Part shown: one piece after another, positions 50,376 through 60,759 of the stretch
How the letters are laid out: each line of letters begins with the position of its first letter
How positions within the stretch are numbered: the first letter of the stretch is position 1
Notes under the pieces: model-generated
Told to the model about the DNA's origin: nothing
Seen by the model: only the letters and a program-made list of their open reading frames with translations
The model's database searches: none
Virus record (IMG/VR): IMGVR_UViG_3300032268_001483
Span: 1-64,000 of that record
DNA from: a virus
Length of the DNA stretch: 64,000 nt
Direction: 5' to 3' (one strand)
Made by a program: the position numbers and the translations under genes

Positions 50376-51176
50376 TTAGGCTAATAAAGCTATAAATTTT
50401 TTAAATTCCGATTGTCTGTGAGCCAAACCATTTGTACCACCATTTACTCTTTTTGTAAGAGCCAACACGTTTTCATCAGATGATCCCGCATCACAAATTG
50501 GCCAAAGCTTGTTGCTATCAAAGAAGTATGCAGCTGATGATAAGGGATATTTAGTAGCTACTAAATCGGGATTCGAAACTAAGTCAACTCCAAGAAAAGC
50601 ACCAAGTCTTTTATAATTCTCTTTTCCGGTGGTTTGTAGATAACCTCTTCCTCGGAATTTCCAACCTTCTTTTGAAGTCTCATCACCATTACCTATTCTA
50701 TTACCATAAACACGAGAAGCAATCATCTCTGGTTTGAAAGCATATGATTCAGCCAAATTACCCGGAAAATATCCACCAAAAATTTTCATTAATCCATCTT
50801 TCGAATAATTCAAATTTTCAACAACAGCTTTGAAATTACCAGATTCGTGGGAACACTGAGAGAGGAAATGCGCCAAACGAAGGTTTGTAATTAGATTGAA
50901 TTTCTCAGCAATTATCCCAATTTCTGCAATTACTGAATCAGGAATATGTCCCTTTAATTTATCAGTTTTTAGAACCTCTTTTTCTACTTTTGGTAGAGAG
51001 ATTCCTAATTTTGCCATTGTGGCTTCACCTACAATACCATCAGCAATCAATCCATTTTTTGATTGCCATTCTTTTACAGCCCCTTCAGTACCAGGCCCAA
51101 AATTACCATCAGCACTAATACCGAGTTTTTGTTGAAGTAGCCTAACTAATTCACCTTTAGAACCTATTTTTAACAT
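50376..51176 (-). CDS. Endolysin: peptidoglycan-binding domain + glycoside hydrolase family 19
   Basis: DGNFGPGTE..VKEWQ..GL.ADGIVG (PG_binding_1); FLSQCSHES, FRGRGYLQTTG, KRVNGGTNG. Confidence 0.92.
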   Translation of the reverse strand: MLKIGSKGELVRLLQQKLGISADGNFGPGTEGAVKEWQSKNGLIADGIVGEATMAKLGISLPKVEKEVLKTDKLKGHIPDSVIAEIGIIAEKFNLITNLRLAHFLSQCSHESGNFKAVVENLNYSKDGLMKIFGGYFPGNLAESYAFKPEMIASRVYGNRIGNGDETSKEGWKFRGRGYLQTTGKENYKRLGAFLGVDLVSNPDLVATKYPLSSAAYFFDSNKLWPICDAGSSDENVLALTKRVNGGTNGLAHRQSEFKKFIALLA

Positions 51177-51192
51177 AATTTTTTATTTTTAT

Positions 51193-51543
51193 TTATATAT
51201 TAACTACCGTAATCAATATTTTTCTAAATTTACCACACTTTAACTCAAGAGCCATCTGTGCAGACTCCCAAGATATCAAAATATTTCTTTCAAAGTTCGT
51301 CGAGTTCGTAACTATCCAAATCTTAGTGTCTAAAAAATCTACTCCATCTGTAATTTTGTCATATTTTAAAAAGAATATTTTACCAGAATATCTCTCTATT
51401 CTGAAATCTAATATCTTAGTCAAGGAGTTGGATTCAATTGCTAGTTTGTGACCCTTATAGATGACATCTCCTTCAAAATCCACACCTTCTTTATAAAGTC
51501 TAATCTCCTGTCTACCTTCGGCTTTTAAAATTATATAATTCAT
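51193..51543 (-). CDS. Hypothetical protein
   Basis: 116 aa ORF. Confidence 0.5.
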   Translation of the reverse strand: MNYIILKAEGRQEIRLYKEGVDFEGDVIYKGHKLAIESNSLTKILDFRIERYSGKIFFLKYDKITDGVDFLDTKIWIVTNSTNFERNILISWESAQMALELKCGKFRKILITVVNI

Positions 51544-51616
51544 AAATTTTTTAACTTCAACAAAAGTTGTTTTTTTTAATATATTTATATATCAAAAAAA
51601 TTTTTACATCATTTAT

Positions 51617-52657
51617 ATGGATTATTATGACATTTTAGGAGTAACCAAGGGAGCGTCACCCGATGAAATAAAACGGGCTTTTCGAAAAAAAGCTGTTGAA
51701 CATCACCCGGATAAGGGCGGAGACGAGTCTAAATTCAAGGAAATATCAGAAGCTTACGAAACTTTATCCGATGAAACAAAACGTGGAGAGTATGATAGAT
51801 TCGGAAAATCTGGAAATCCATTCTCAGGGAGAGGTGGGGGACACGGGTTCAACATGGATGATATCTTTAGTCAATTCGGAGACATGTTTGGCGATGGATT
51901 TGGAAGACAACAACATCAACACCCACCAAAAAGGAGGGGTAATGATTTAAGAGTACAGATTCAAGTCACCATCGAAGATATACTTTTTGGATCTTCTAAA
52001 AAATTAAAATTTAAAAGACAAACACCCTGTCAACCTTGTGGTGGAAAGGGTGGCACTGGTAAAAAATCTTGCCCACATTGTAATGGATTCGGTAGAAAAA
52101 ACATCACACAACATACACCCTTTGGTGTAATCACTTCTACCCAACTTTGTAATAATTGTGAAGGCACTGGACAAGTGATTTCAAATCATTGCCAAACCTG
52201 TAAAGCTTCTGGTACAAATGCAGTCGAAGAAACAATCGATATTAATATACCAAAAGGTGTTAGTAATGGAATGTCATTAATCATGGATGGTTATGGTAAC
52301 CACGTAAGAGACGGTATACCTGGAAATCTACAAGTGATTATTAGTGAGGTTCCGGATCAGAAATTCAAACGCGAAGGGAATGATATAGTCTATGAACATT
52401 CAATTACAGTACCTCAAGCCGTTTTGGGTTCTAAAGAAACTATCCAAACATTAGAAGGCAATTTATCAGTAGATGTAAATCCAGGATGTGAAAGCGGTAA
52501 AGTATTTAGTTTTCCTGGAAAAGGAATTCCAATTTTATTAAACAATGGAACAAATAGTGGTAGAGGCGCTCTCTATGTGAAGGTAAATGTTAAAATTCCT
52601 AAAAATATTTCAGAAGAACAAAAGGCACTTTACCTACAATTAAGTAAATTTGACTAA
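51617..52657 (+). CDS. dnaJ: Class A J-domain chaperone
   Basis: J domain with HPD, G/F-rich linker, four CxxCxGxG motifs, C-terminal domain. Confidence 0.95.
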   Translation: MDYYDILGVTKGASPDEIKRAFRKKAVEHHPDKGGDESKFKEISEAYETLSDETKRGEYDRFGKSGNPFSGRGGGHGFNMDDIFSQFGDMFGDGFGRQQHQHPPKRRGNDLRVQIQVTIEDILFGSSKKLKFKRQTPCQPCGGKGGTGKKSCPHCNGFGRKNITQHTPFGVITSTQLCNNCEGTGQVISNHCQTCKASGTNAVEETIDINIPKGVSNGMSLIMDGYGNHVRDGIPGNLQVIISEVPDQKFKREGNDIVYEHSITVPQAVLGSKETIQTLEGNLSVDVNPGCESGKVFSFPGKGIPILLNNGTNSGRGALYVKVNVKIPKNISEEQKALYLQLSKFD

Positions 52658-52694
52658 AAGAGATTTAAAAAGTTAATATATACTTTATATCTAA

Positions 52695-52771
52695 AACCAC
52701 ATTTTAGGACCGTGGTTACGCACCGGGCAGGTGTCAGCTAAAAACCCAGACTTCGCTCCTCTGGGTTTTTT
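52695..52771 (+). promoter_or_regulatory. Candidate structured leader/attenuator with intrinsic terminator upstream of the guaC operon
   Basis: Overlapping stems AACCAC/GUGGUU, CCGUG/CAC(C)GG, GCACC/GGUGU, then AAAAACCCAGA/UCUGGGUUUUU; TAATATATA at 52674-52682. Confidence 0.45.
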
Positions 52772-52835
52772 CATTTTAAAACTTTTTTAAATTTATAAAT
52801 ACATTTAGTACTATTATTAACTTAAATATTATTTT

Positions 52836-53144
52836 ATGAAACACGAATTGAAAATTGAATTCAAAGAAAAGAGTCAACTCGAAGAAGTAATCCAAGGTTC
52901 CTACTTTAACGAATCCAACAACGGTAAACTAATTGGAAAAAAACACTCAATTAATATAAACCAAGAAGATCCACTTTTTATAGCCTTTAAAGGGCTAAAC
53001 AATAACACTGTCAAACTAATTAATGAAGAAATGATTGAGGGTTCTATGCGATGTATAGTAGTACAAGAAAATGACTCCTACATCGAATTATTTCCAATCA
53101 ATAACTACTGCATCATTCAAGAAAAAAAATACTCATTCTATTAA
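52836..53144 (+). CDS. Hypothetical protein
   Basis: 102 aa ORF. Confidence 0.55.
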   Translation: MKHELKIEFKEKSQLEEVIQGSYFNESNNGKLIGKKHSININQEDPLFIAFKGLNNNTVKLINEEMIEGSMRCIVVQENDSYIELFPINNYCIIQEKKYSFY

Positions 53145-53151
53145 AAAAATT

Positions 53152-54090
53152 ATGAAATTCGATTTTAACGACATTAACCTAAAACCAAGAAAGAGTATAG
53201 TTGACTCCAGAAGCCAATGTGATACATCTCTAAAACTTGGTAAATACACGTTTCAATTACCAATTGTTCCTGCAAATATGCAAGCCATAATTGATGAAGA
53301 TATTGCTATTAAACTATCTGAAGGGGGATATTTTTATATACTACATAGATTTGATATTGATGTAGTTGAATTCATCAAGACAATGAAATCATATAACTAC
53401 CCAACATCTATATCAATTGGTGTAAATAGTGATTCATACGAACTAATTAACCAATTAGTAGAATTGGATTTAATACCAGATTTTATTACCATAGATATAG
53501 CACACGGACATTCCATCAAGATGGAAAAAATGTTGCAGTTTCTAAAAGAAAAATTACCACAAACATTCTTAATTGCTGGAAATATTTCCACACCAGAAGG
53601 GGTAGAAGATTTACAAAATTGGGGAGCAGACGCACTGAAGATAGGAATTGGCCCGGGGAGCTCCTGTACAACTTATCCAGCAACCGGTTTTGGTTCAAGA
53701 AATTGTCAAGCTTGGACTATCTATGAATGCGCAAAAATAGCTAAAGTTCCAATTATCGCCGATGGTGGAATAAAAGTACCTGGGGATATCACTAAATCAC
53801 TTGTCTTAGGTGCAACTATGGTAATGGTAGGTGGAATGTTAGCTGGTCAGTTAGATTCTCCAGGCAAAACTGTACAGATTGATGGTAAACCCCACAAAGA
53901 GTTTTGGGGAAGTGCTTCATCACATCAGTCGGGTAAGAAAAATAGAATTGAAGGAAAGAAAAATTTAATACCACTAAAAGATAAGACAATTTCACAAGAG
54001 ATGAATTATCTAAAGGAGTGTTTACAGTCTTCTATATCTTATGCAGGTGGAAAAAACTTAACTGTTTTTGAAGAAGTAAGTTGGTTTTAA
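53152..54090 (+). CDS. guaC: GMP reductase
   Basis: MKFDFNDI.L.P, PANM, IDIAHGHS, KIGIGPGSSCTT, IADGG, WGSAS, LQSSISYAGG; likely ATG at 53152. Confidence 0.9.
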   Translation: MKFDFNDINLKPRKSIVDSRSQCDTSLKLGKYTFQLPIVPANMQAIIDEDIAIKLSEGGYFYILHRFDIDVVEFIKTMKSYNYPTSISIGVNSDSYELINQLVELDLIPDFITIDIAHGHSIKMEKMLQFLKEKLPQTFLIAGNISTPEGVEDLQNWGADALKIGIGPGSSCTTYPATGFGSRNCQAWTIYECAKIAKVPIIADGGIKVPGDITKSLVLGATMVMVGGMLAGQLDSPGKTVQIDGKPHKEFWGSASSHQSGKKNRIEGKKNLIPLKDKTISQEMNYLKECLQSSISYAGGKNLTVFEEVSWF

Positions 54091-54094
54091 AAAT

Positions 54095-54487
54095 ATGGAA
54101 AGTATGATATTACCAGAAAACACAGAAGAGAAATTTCTATTTATGAAGGAGAAAATTGAAGAAAGATTTTCCAAAGTAAATGCCTCATTTCCATTCACAA
54201 AGCCCGAGATTGATGAAGAAACATCAAATACATTAAAGTATATATCTAATTTCTGGCAAGTCTATTATTATACAGATAGACCTTTTATTCAAGATTCAAT
54301 TAACGATCGAATTCTATCTTGCTCAACACTCCCAATTGGTGGTTTTGAATTTCTTATAAACAAAAATAAAGATAAGTTATTTGTTTTTTATTCGTCTACA
54401 GGTAGTTATATACGTGGTGAATTTATCCAATCACCCGAAGTAATAAATAGACATAGAGATGTGACTATTGATAAATTATTGGATTAA
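54095..54487 (+). CDS. Protein with C-terminal tag variant
   Basis: Ends HRDVTIDKLLD. Confidence 0.55.
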   Translation: MESMILPENTEEKFLFMKEKIEERFSKVNASFPFTKPEIDEETSNTLKYISNFWQVYYYTDRPFIQDSINDRILSCSTLPIGGFEFLINKNKDKLFVFYSSTGSYIRGEFIQSPEVINRHRDVTIDKLLD

Positions 54488-54975
54488 ATTTTTCTAGCTT
54501 CTAATGAATATGTAGTCTTGCACTCATAAACTGAATTCCAAGCAAATCTTCTTATCTCGTAACCAAATCGCTCTATTTTTTGTAAAGTCAATTCTAAGTC
54601 TTCTTCGAATTGACTTTTATCTTTATTGTCAAATTCTTCAGTTAATTGTAAACCAATATGTATTGCATATGAAAACTGGACTGATACATGGCCTTTTCTA
54701 TCTTCACTACCATAACTACCACTTATTAAATCATAGACACTCAGATAATATTTGTCAGCTAGTTCAACCATCAAATCCTCAATCAAGTCCCTATTATCTT
54801 CGGAGAGATTTTCATTTATGAATTCTTCAAATCTAAGTATGACAGACTCTTTCTCTAAATGAGTCCATTCTTCACCCCAAACCCATTTCCATTTTTTTGG
54901 TGTCTTAGATTTGGTTTTATATTTTCTTCTGATTGCCCAAATCAATCTTAATTGTTTTTCACTTTTTGCTGGCAT
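54484..54975 (-). CDS. Protein with MPAKS..Q module followed by an internal tag copy
   Basis: MPAKSEKQLR..; KESVILRFEEFINE. Confidence 0.55.
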   Translation of the reverse strand: MPAKSEKQLRLIWAIRRKYKTKSKTPKKWKWVWGEEWTHLEKESVILRFEEFINENLSEDNRDLIEDLMVELADKYYLSVYDLISGSYGSEDRKGHVSVQFSYAIHIGLQLTEEFDNKDKSQFEEDLELTLQKIERFGYEIRRFAWNSVYECKTTYSLEARKI

Positions 54976-55731
54976 TTACTTTAACAATTTTATTATTTGA
55001 TTTATAATTGCCGATTTACTTCTTCTTGCATCAGTTTTTGTAAATACTTCTATGATATTATCAGTTAAACTTCTATTGATTTTATCATGACTTTTCGTAT
55101 AGTAATTTTTATATTTAGTCCAGCCCTCTGCCCAATGTGTACCACCTTTTACTTGGTCACCAAGTTTTTTTACTGTTTTCTTAGGTATATCAGTCCGTTT
55201 TAATTTACCACCACTACCACCAATCATAGCTTCTACTAACTCTATCAACCTCCTCTTTTTTGATTCAGAAAACTCACAATCTTCACTTTTCAAATCTTTT
55301 AATATTTGTTCCAAAGGTTTTATCCCATGATAATCAATTCTTCTTTCATGTGACTTCTTCAATAGTTCTTGACTTTTCTCAAAGTCATTTGATGGTACAA
55401 GGACAAAAACATTTTTATAATCCTTAATTAATTTTTTTACATCACCTTGATAGATGTGTCCTCCACCGAAATCTAATATACTCGGTTTATTATATTTTTC
55501 AAAATCTTCTGATAGAACATGCTCCACACATTTGATTTCATTTTCGTTACCATACCCGAAATCTGGTTGTAGTCTATCTAAAGATATTACTTCTAAACCA
55601 AGTTTTTCACCTAATTCTTTTGAAATAGTTGATTTTCCAATAGTTGGCGCACCTAAAAGAATAATTCTATCTTTTTGGCAATATTTCTGATTTTTTGACT
55701 CAAATACTCTGTATGATTGTAAATATTTCAT
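54976..55731 (-). CDS. Tagged P-loop kinase, shikimate-kinase-like
   Basis: MKYLQSYRVFES; IILLGAPTIGKST (Walker A), ISLD, LDFGGG. Confidence 0.7.
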   Translation of the reverse strand: MKYLQSYRVFESKNQKYCQKDRIILLGAPTIGKSTISKELGEKLGLEVISLDRLQPDFGYGNENEIKCVEHVLSEDFEKYNKPSILDFGGGHIYQGDVKKLIKDYKNVFVLVPSNDFEKSQELLKKSHERRIDYHGIKPLEQILKDLKSEDCEFSESKKRRLIELVEAMIGGSGGKLKRTDIPKKTVKKLGDQVKGGTHWAEGWTKYKNYYTKSHDKINRSLTDNIIEVFTKTDARRSKSAIINQIIKLLK

Positions 55732-55777
55732 TTTTAATAATTTTTTTTTAAACTATATAATTCGAATGTTTCACTTC

Positions 55778-56539
55778 TTAGATTTCGAAATCATCATCAT
55801 CATCCTGTGTCTGCTCGTTTATAAAATTGATTAGTTTTATAAAATCACTCTTTAATTGACTATCAAATAAAATTTCATTAAATTTATCAACGGCTATATT
55901 TACAGCTGGTAATAATTTATCATAGTCAAATTCATTTCCCTCAAATTTATACTTCTTACTATATCCACTCACAATTCTTTTATTAAAATCACCAACATTA
56001 AAGAACATCTCAGGAATAATACTAATCTCATTTATTTCTTCATCCATCGAATTTTCACTAACAAACAATATTAATGAGAAGCGTATATAAATATTATCCG
56101 AATTTATTTCTCTAATGAATTTATATGAACCATCTTCAAAAGACCCAATACTCTTATTTTGACGCACAGGAATCAAAGGACTACTAATTTGTCTATATTT
56201 AGGTATGTCCATCTTAAAATCTATATCAGAAAAATTAGAGAAATTTTCAACCTTTAAATGATTTATAATTAAATCAATTAGTTCTTCTAATGTAATAGAA
56301 GAACATCTCAAAATATTATTTATGTTATTAACAATTAAAGTATATCCACTTCTTTTATCACTCACATCATAATAATCTTCACTTCCAATCATGTTCAAAG
56401 CCAGTTCAATACTTTCTTGGTTTTCGGATAAAAATAGTTTGAACAAGTTTTCTACCTCATACTTATCAAATTTTTCATCTCCATCAAAAGATTCAAACAG
56501 CAAAAAATCTTTAAAATTTTTAATCTTTTTCATTTTCAT
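55778..56539 (-). CDS. Hypothetical protein with N-terminal tag
   Basis: MKMKKIKNFKDFLLFES. Confidence 0.6.
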   Translation of the reverse strand: MKMKKIKNFKDFLLFESFDGDEKFDKYEVENLFKLFLSENQESIELALNMIGSEDYYDVSDKRSGYTLIVNNINNILRCSSITLEELIDLIINHLKVENFSNFSDIDFKMDIPKYRQISSPLIPVRQNKSIGSFEDGSYKFIREINSDNIYIRFSLILFVSENSMDEEINEISIIPEMFFNVGDFNKRIVSGYSKKYKFEGNEFDYDKLLPAVNIAVDKFNEILFDSQLKSDFIKLINFINEQTQDDDDDFEI

Positions 56540-56916
56540 ACATTATTTTTTTTGTTTATATAAATCGAATATAACATATTTTTTTCTTCACTAAAATCAA
56601 AAGGATTCACAATTTTTTTTAAATAACCCCAAGTATTTATCTCTATATAATACCCAAATCTTTTAATTCTCTCAATTACTAATGTTAATTCCTTTTCAAA
56701 TAAAGTCATATCTATATTGGTATTTGTTATTCTAATAACAGTAATAATCCCAGTATCATATAAGGATATATTTATATGACCATTTTTATCTAATTCTGAA
56801 TCTAAACTGAAATTAAAATCATCAGAAAGAAAAACAAAGGTATCCTCTATTTGCAACCTATCATCTTCTGTCAAAGATTCATTTATTCTGTAATATTCCA
56901 AATATTTCATTTTCAT
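56536..56916 (-). CDS. Hypothetical protein with N-terminal tag
   Basis: MKMKYLEYYRINES. Confidence 0.6.
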   Translation of the reverse strand: MKMKYLEYYRINESLTEDDRLQIEDTFVFLSDDFNFSLDSELDKNGHINISLYDTGIITVIRITNTNIDMTLFEKELTLVIERIKRFGYYIEINTWGYLKKIVNPFDFSEEKNMLYSIYINKKNNV

Positions 56917-56918
56917 TT

Positions 56919-58076
56919 TTATTTATATTTCCAAATAAATCCATTTGAATGTTTATATTTACCCACACAACACATTTGAATACAACTACCTCTACTTCCT
57001 GTTTTTTTAGCAGCCTCTACAATTGAATCAAATTCCATTATGAAGTTACCATCTAAATCATACTGACAAACAGATTTTAAAGTCTTATTTGAATATTTTT
57101 TAGGTGGATTATCACCATAATATCTCCATATATATTTACCTGCAGATTTGTATTTTCCTCTACAACACTCACCTATATTACCATGATTTATACCAGTAAC
57201 TTCCGAAGCCCCAAACATTGAATCAAAATCTCTAATCCAATTACCATCTAAATCATACTGACTAACCTTTTTAGAATTTTCATCTAACTTATCCAGATTT
57301 AAATCAAACCACTCATCCTTATATCTCCAAATAAATCCACCACAAGTTTTTTGTTTTCCAATACAACAACCAGAAACATAGAGATTCAAATCTTTTTGAA
57401 TCCTTTCCGCACTCTCCCACTCACCTACTAAATTACCCACTAAATCATACTGTAAGACTACCTTTTGACCAGTAGCGAGCTGTTTCATCCACTCAGATTT
57501 ATCTTTCTCTATTCCCCATTCCTTTAAACTTCTGAATACTTTTGTCTCACTACAATTTAACTTCTCTGATATCTTTGGCATTGATAAGTTTTCCACAATG
57601 TAAAGTTCATATAATAAATCTTTATCAATAAATGTTTTTGGTCTATTATTATAGCCAGGTGTTTCTAAATATTTTTCTTTTAACTTTTCAGAAATTTTTT
57701 TCTTATGTTCATCAGAAAGTTTTACACCTCTTTTAGATTCACTCATTCTTTTCTTGGTTTCTTCGGTGTGTGAATATCCATTACCACCTTGTCCACCCTC
57801 AGTGAGATTTGTGAGATTACATCCTTCATTTCTCAATTTTTCTATCCAATATTTTTCCCAGTATTCCCAATTATCCTCTTCAACAGTATCCAATGTAGAT
57901 ATTATGGGTCGCTTTTCATTTTTTAATAGTGATTTGATCCATGATATTTTATGTGACTTTCTACCTGAATAACACTCTTTTATGTGGGAATATAATCTCT
58001 GTTTCAAATATTGTTTTGTCTTACCCACATATCTTATTTCACCAGATTCATCTGATAGTGCATAAATAATTACCAT
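56919..58076 (-). mobile_element. Free-standing GIY-YIG homing endonuclease with NUMOD3 and NUMOD1-like repeats
   Basis: IYAL..RYVGKT..RL..H..E..N; HTEETKKRMS (NUMOD3); repeated VxQYDLxGNxIxxFxS..C..K.K.AGxxIWRY. Confidence 0.88.
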
Positions 58077-58118
58077 AATATAATATAATATTTTTATTTA
58101 TATATTAAATATGGTAAC

Positions 58119-58877
58119 CTATCTTTTTATCATTACAAAAAACGACGAAGTCGACATCGCTTTTATATCCTCTTCTACCTTCCCCATTTCTTCTTTCCCA
58201 TCTGACACCAAATCAGCACTATTGTAGGTAATTCCACCGGGAAGTGTAAAATTAAATTGACCTAATAATCTACCTTGTTGCATCTTAGCCCACCCAGTAC
58301 AATATCTCAGAAAATAATGATCAGCCATTAAAGTCTCCAAAGGAATATTGACATAAGCTTCTAATATTAAGTGGTGTTCTACATTTGTTAAAATATTCAA
58401 TCTATGAGTTAATTGATTGAAGTGAAATTTAGTAGTATATAAATTCAATTGATTCAACATATCCGCCATTGAGTCAATCTGTGTTTTGTAAATACCCAAC
58501 TCACCGATAGTTGTTATATAGGATGAAAGATATGGTTGATTTGTAACTCCCAGATTTACAGACAAGTTAGGAACATTGATGCCCAGCTGTAAAAGATTTT
58601 GATTGCTTAATTTGTAAATCCAAGTTACCGATTGAATTTCACAAGGTAACTCTATATACTTATAGTTGACGTATTCAGCAGTCGAAAAAGCTGTTTTGTC
58701 AATGAAATAATACATTTTACCTACTGCATATTGGTAGTTTTGCCAAAACCATTTTGCGGCTCTTGTTTCTACGAATTGTCTGATTGAATGATCTGGTAGA
58801 TTTTTTGGAAGAGCTCCCCCAACCGTAACATCGGTTTGAACTAAATCTATAAATTCTTCGATAGTAATTTGACTCAT
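58119..58877 (-). CDS. Neck / head-completion protein (T4 gp13-like)
   Basis: C-terminal AKMQQGRLLGQFNFTLPGGITYN..EGKEEM pattern resembles gp13 K.QWG..L..LPGG.T.NG; TAATATATA at 58898-58906. Confidence 0.7.
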   Translation of the reverse strand: MSQITIEEFIDLVQTDVTVGGALPKNLPDHSIRQFVETRAAKWFWQNYQYAVGKMYYFIDKTAFSTAEYVNYKYIELPCEIQSVTWIYKLSNQNLLQLGINVPNLSVNLGVTNQPYLSSYITTIGELGIYKTQIDSMADMLNQLNLYTTKFHFNQLTHRLNILTNVEHHLILEAYVNIPLETLMADHYFLRYCTGWAKMQQGRLLGQFNFTLPGGITYNSADLVSDGKEEMGKVEEDIKAMSTSSFFVMIKR

Positions 58878-58950
58878 AAAATATTTTTAATTTATAGTAT
58901 ATATTAAAAAATTAAAGTAACATAAACTCCAATTTTAGATATATAGTAGT

Positions 58951-60759
58951 ATGAATACGATACTTCAAGATATAACTAACAGAACTTCCAATATAGGGTC
59001 ACTTGTACTCCTGGTAAAAAATAATTCTGAATACTTAGATTTTATTAATCATAATGTTCCAGAATCTATTTTAGATAGACAGCTATCTGAAAAAATTTAT
59101 TATTTAGTTAATAATATAAACACACCTCAGTTATGTAGATGTGGAAAACATCTATCTTTTATTGGCTTTAAAAATGGTTATAGAAAGAGTTGTGGTGATA
59201 GGGAATGTTATGTGAGTTCAAGAAAAGAAACTTGTATTGAAAAGTTTGGTGTAGATAATCCAAAAAAATCTAAAGAAATTTTGGAGAAAGAAAAAGAGAA
59301 CATTCGTAAAAAATGGAATGGTGAACATTTCATGCTGAATAAAGACATAAAAGATAAGTTTAAGAAAACAATGATTGATAACTGGGGAGTTGAATGGGCT
59401 CAACAAAACAAATCTATTAAAGATAAATCCCTAGAAACTTGGAATAATAATCCAGAAAAGGTGAGTGTAATAGAATCGAGAAAAAATAAATTATTGAAAA
59501 AATCCGATGAGGAGAAAAGTATCATAGAAAATAAAAAAAGAGCAAAGATAATTGATAAATTCAGTACCTATGAAAACTTCATAAATTTCAGAAAAGAAAA
59601 GATTGAAGAGGCTTCTATAGAAAAGTATGGAACTCAACACCATCTTTCTTCTCCAGAAGTAATTAAATTGAGAATTGATAAATATAAAGAAAAAATCACC
59701 CAAAAGATTTTAGAGAAATTACCCAATACTTTAACTTATTTAGATAGGTTTCATAATAAGAATCTTACTGACCACTACATTAAATTGCATTGTCAAAATT
59801 GTGATAGTGAATTTTCTATAACAAGACAATTATTAGTAAATCGAATTAACTCCGGAATAGAAGTGTGTTTGAATTGTAATCCAATATTAGTTGGTAAGTC
59901 TAAAGGAGAAGAAGAAGTATTTGAATTTATATCATCAATTTATAGTGGACAAATTTTACAGAGATATAGAATTGATGGAAAAGAAATTGACATTTACTTA
60001 CCGGATTTGAAAATAGGATTTGAATATAATGGACTATTTTGGCATTCTAACTTACACAAAAGCTCACAATTTCATTTAGAAAAAACAAAATTTTTTGAGG
60101 AAGTTGGAATTAAATTAATTCATATTTGGGAAGATGATTGGTTATATAAAAGGGAAATTATAAAATCAATAATATCAAATAAGATAGGTGCTACTAAAAA
60201 TAAAATCTTTGCAAGAAAATGTCAGGTAAGAGAAGTTGATAATAGTCAAGTTCGTAGTTTCTTGGAAAGTAATCACATACAGAGCTTTGTGGGCTCACGA
60301 GTTAAACTTGGACTTTTTTATAAAGATGAATTAGTTAGCATAATGACTTTCGGTAGTCTTAGAAAATCTTTAGGTTATAACAATGTCGAAGGCAATTGGG
60401 AATTGTTGAGATTTTGTAATAAATTAGATTGTTCTGTAGTCGGTGGTGCCTCTAAATTATTCAATTATTTCTTGAAAGTATGGAAGCCAAGTCAAGTCAT
60501 AAGTTTTTGTGATTATAGTAGATCAGATGGGAATATCTATAAAACTTTAGGATTCGAGTTACAACATCTTTCAACTCCTAACTATTACTACATCGTAGAT
60601 AGTGTTAGAAGACATAGATTCAATTATAGAAAGGACAAATTAGTTACTAATGGATCTGATTCTAATCTAACAGAATCACAAATTATGCAAAATTTAGGTA
60701 TAAATAAAATTTATGACTGTGGTATGCAGAAATGGATTTTTATCCGAATTGAAAGTTAG
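58951..60759 (+). mobile_element. Hef-like homing endonuclease (Vsr/PD-(D/E)XK core with C-terminal GNAT-like domain)
   Basis: FGVDNP/YGT..H repeats, CxxC motifs, EIDIYLPDLKIGFEYNGLFWHS, HIWEDDW, VGGASKL, YDCG. Confidence 0.75.
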
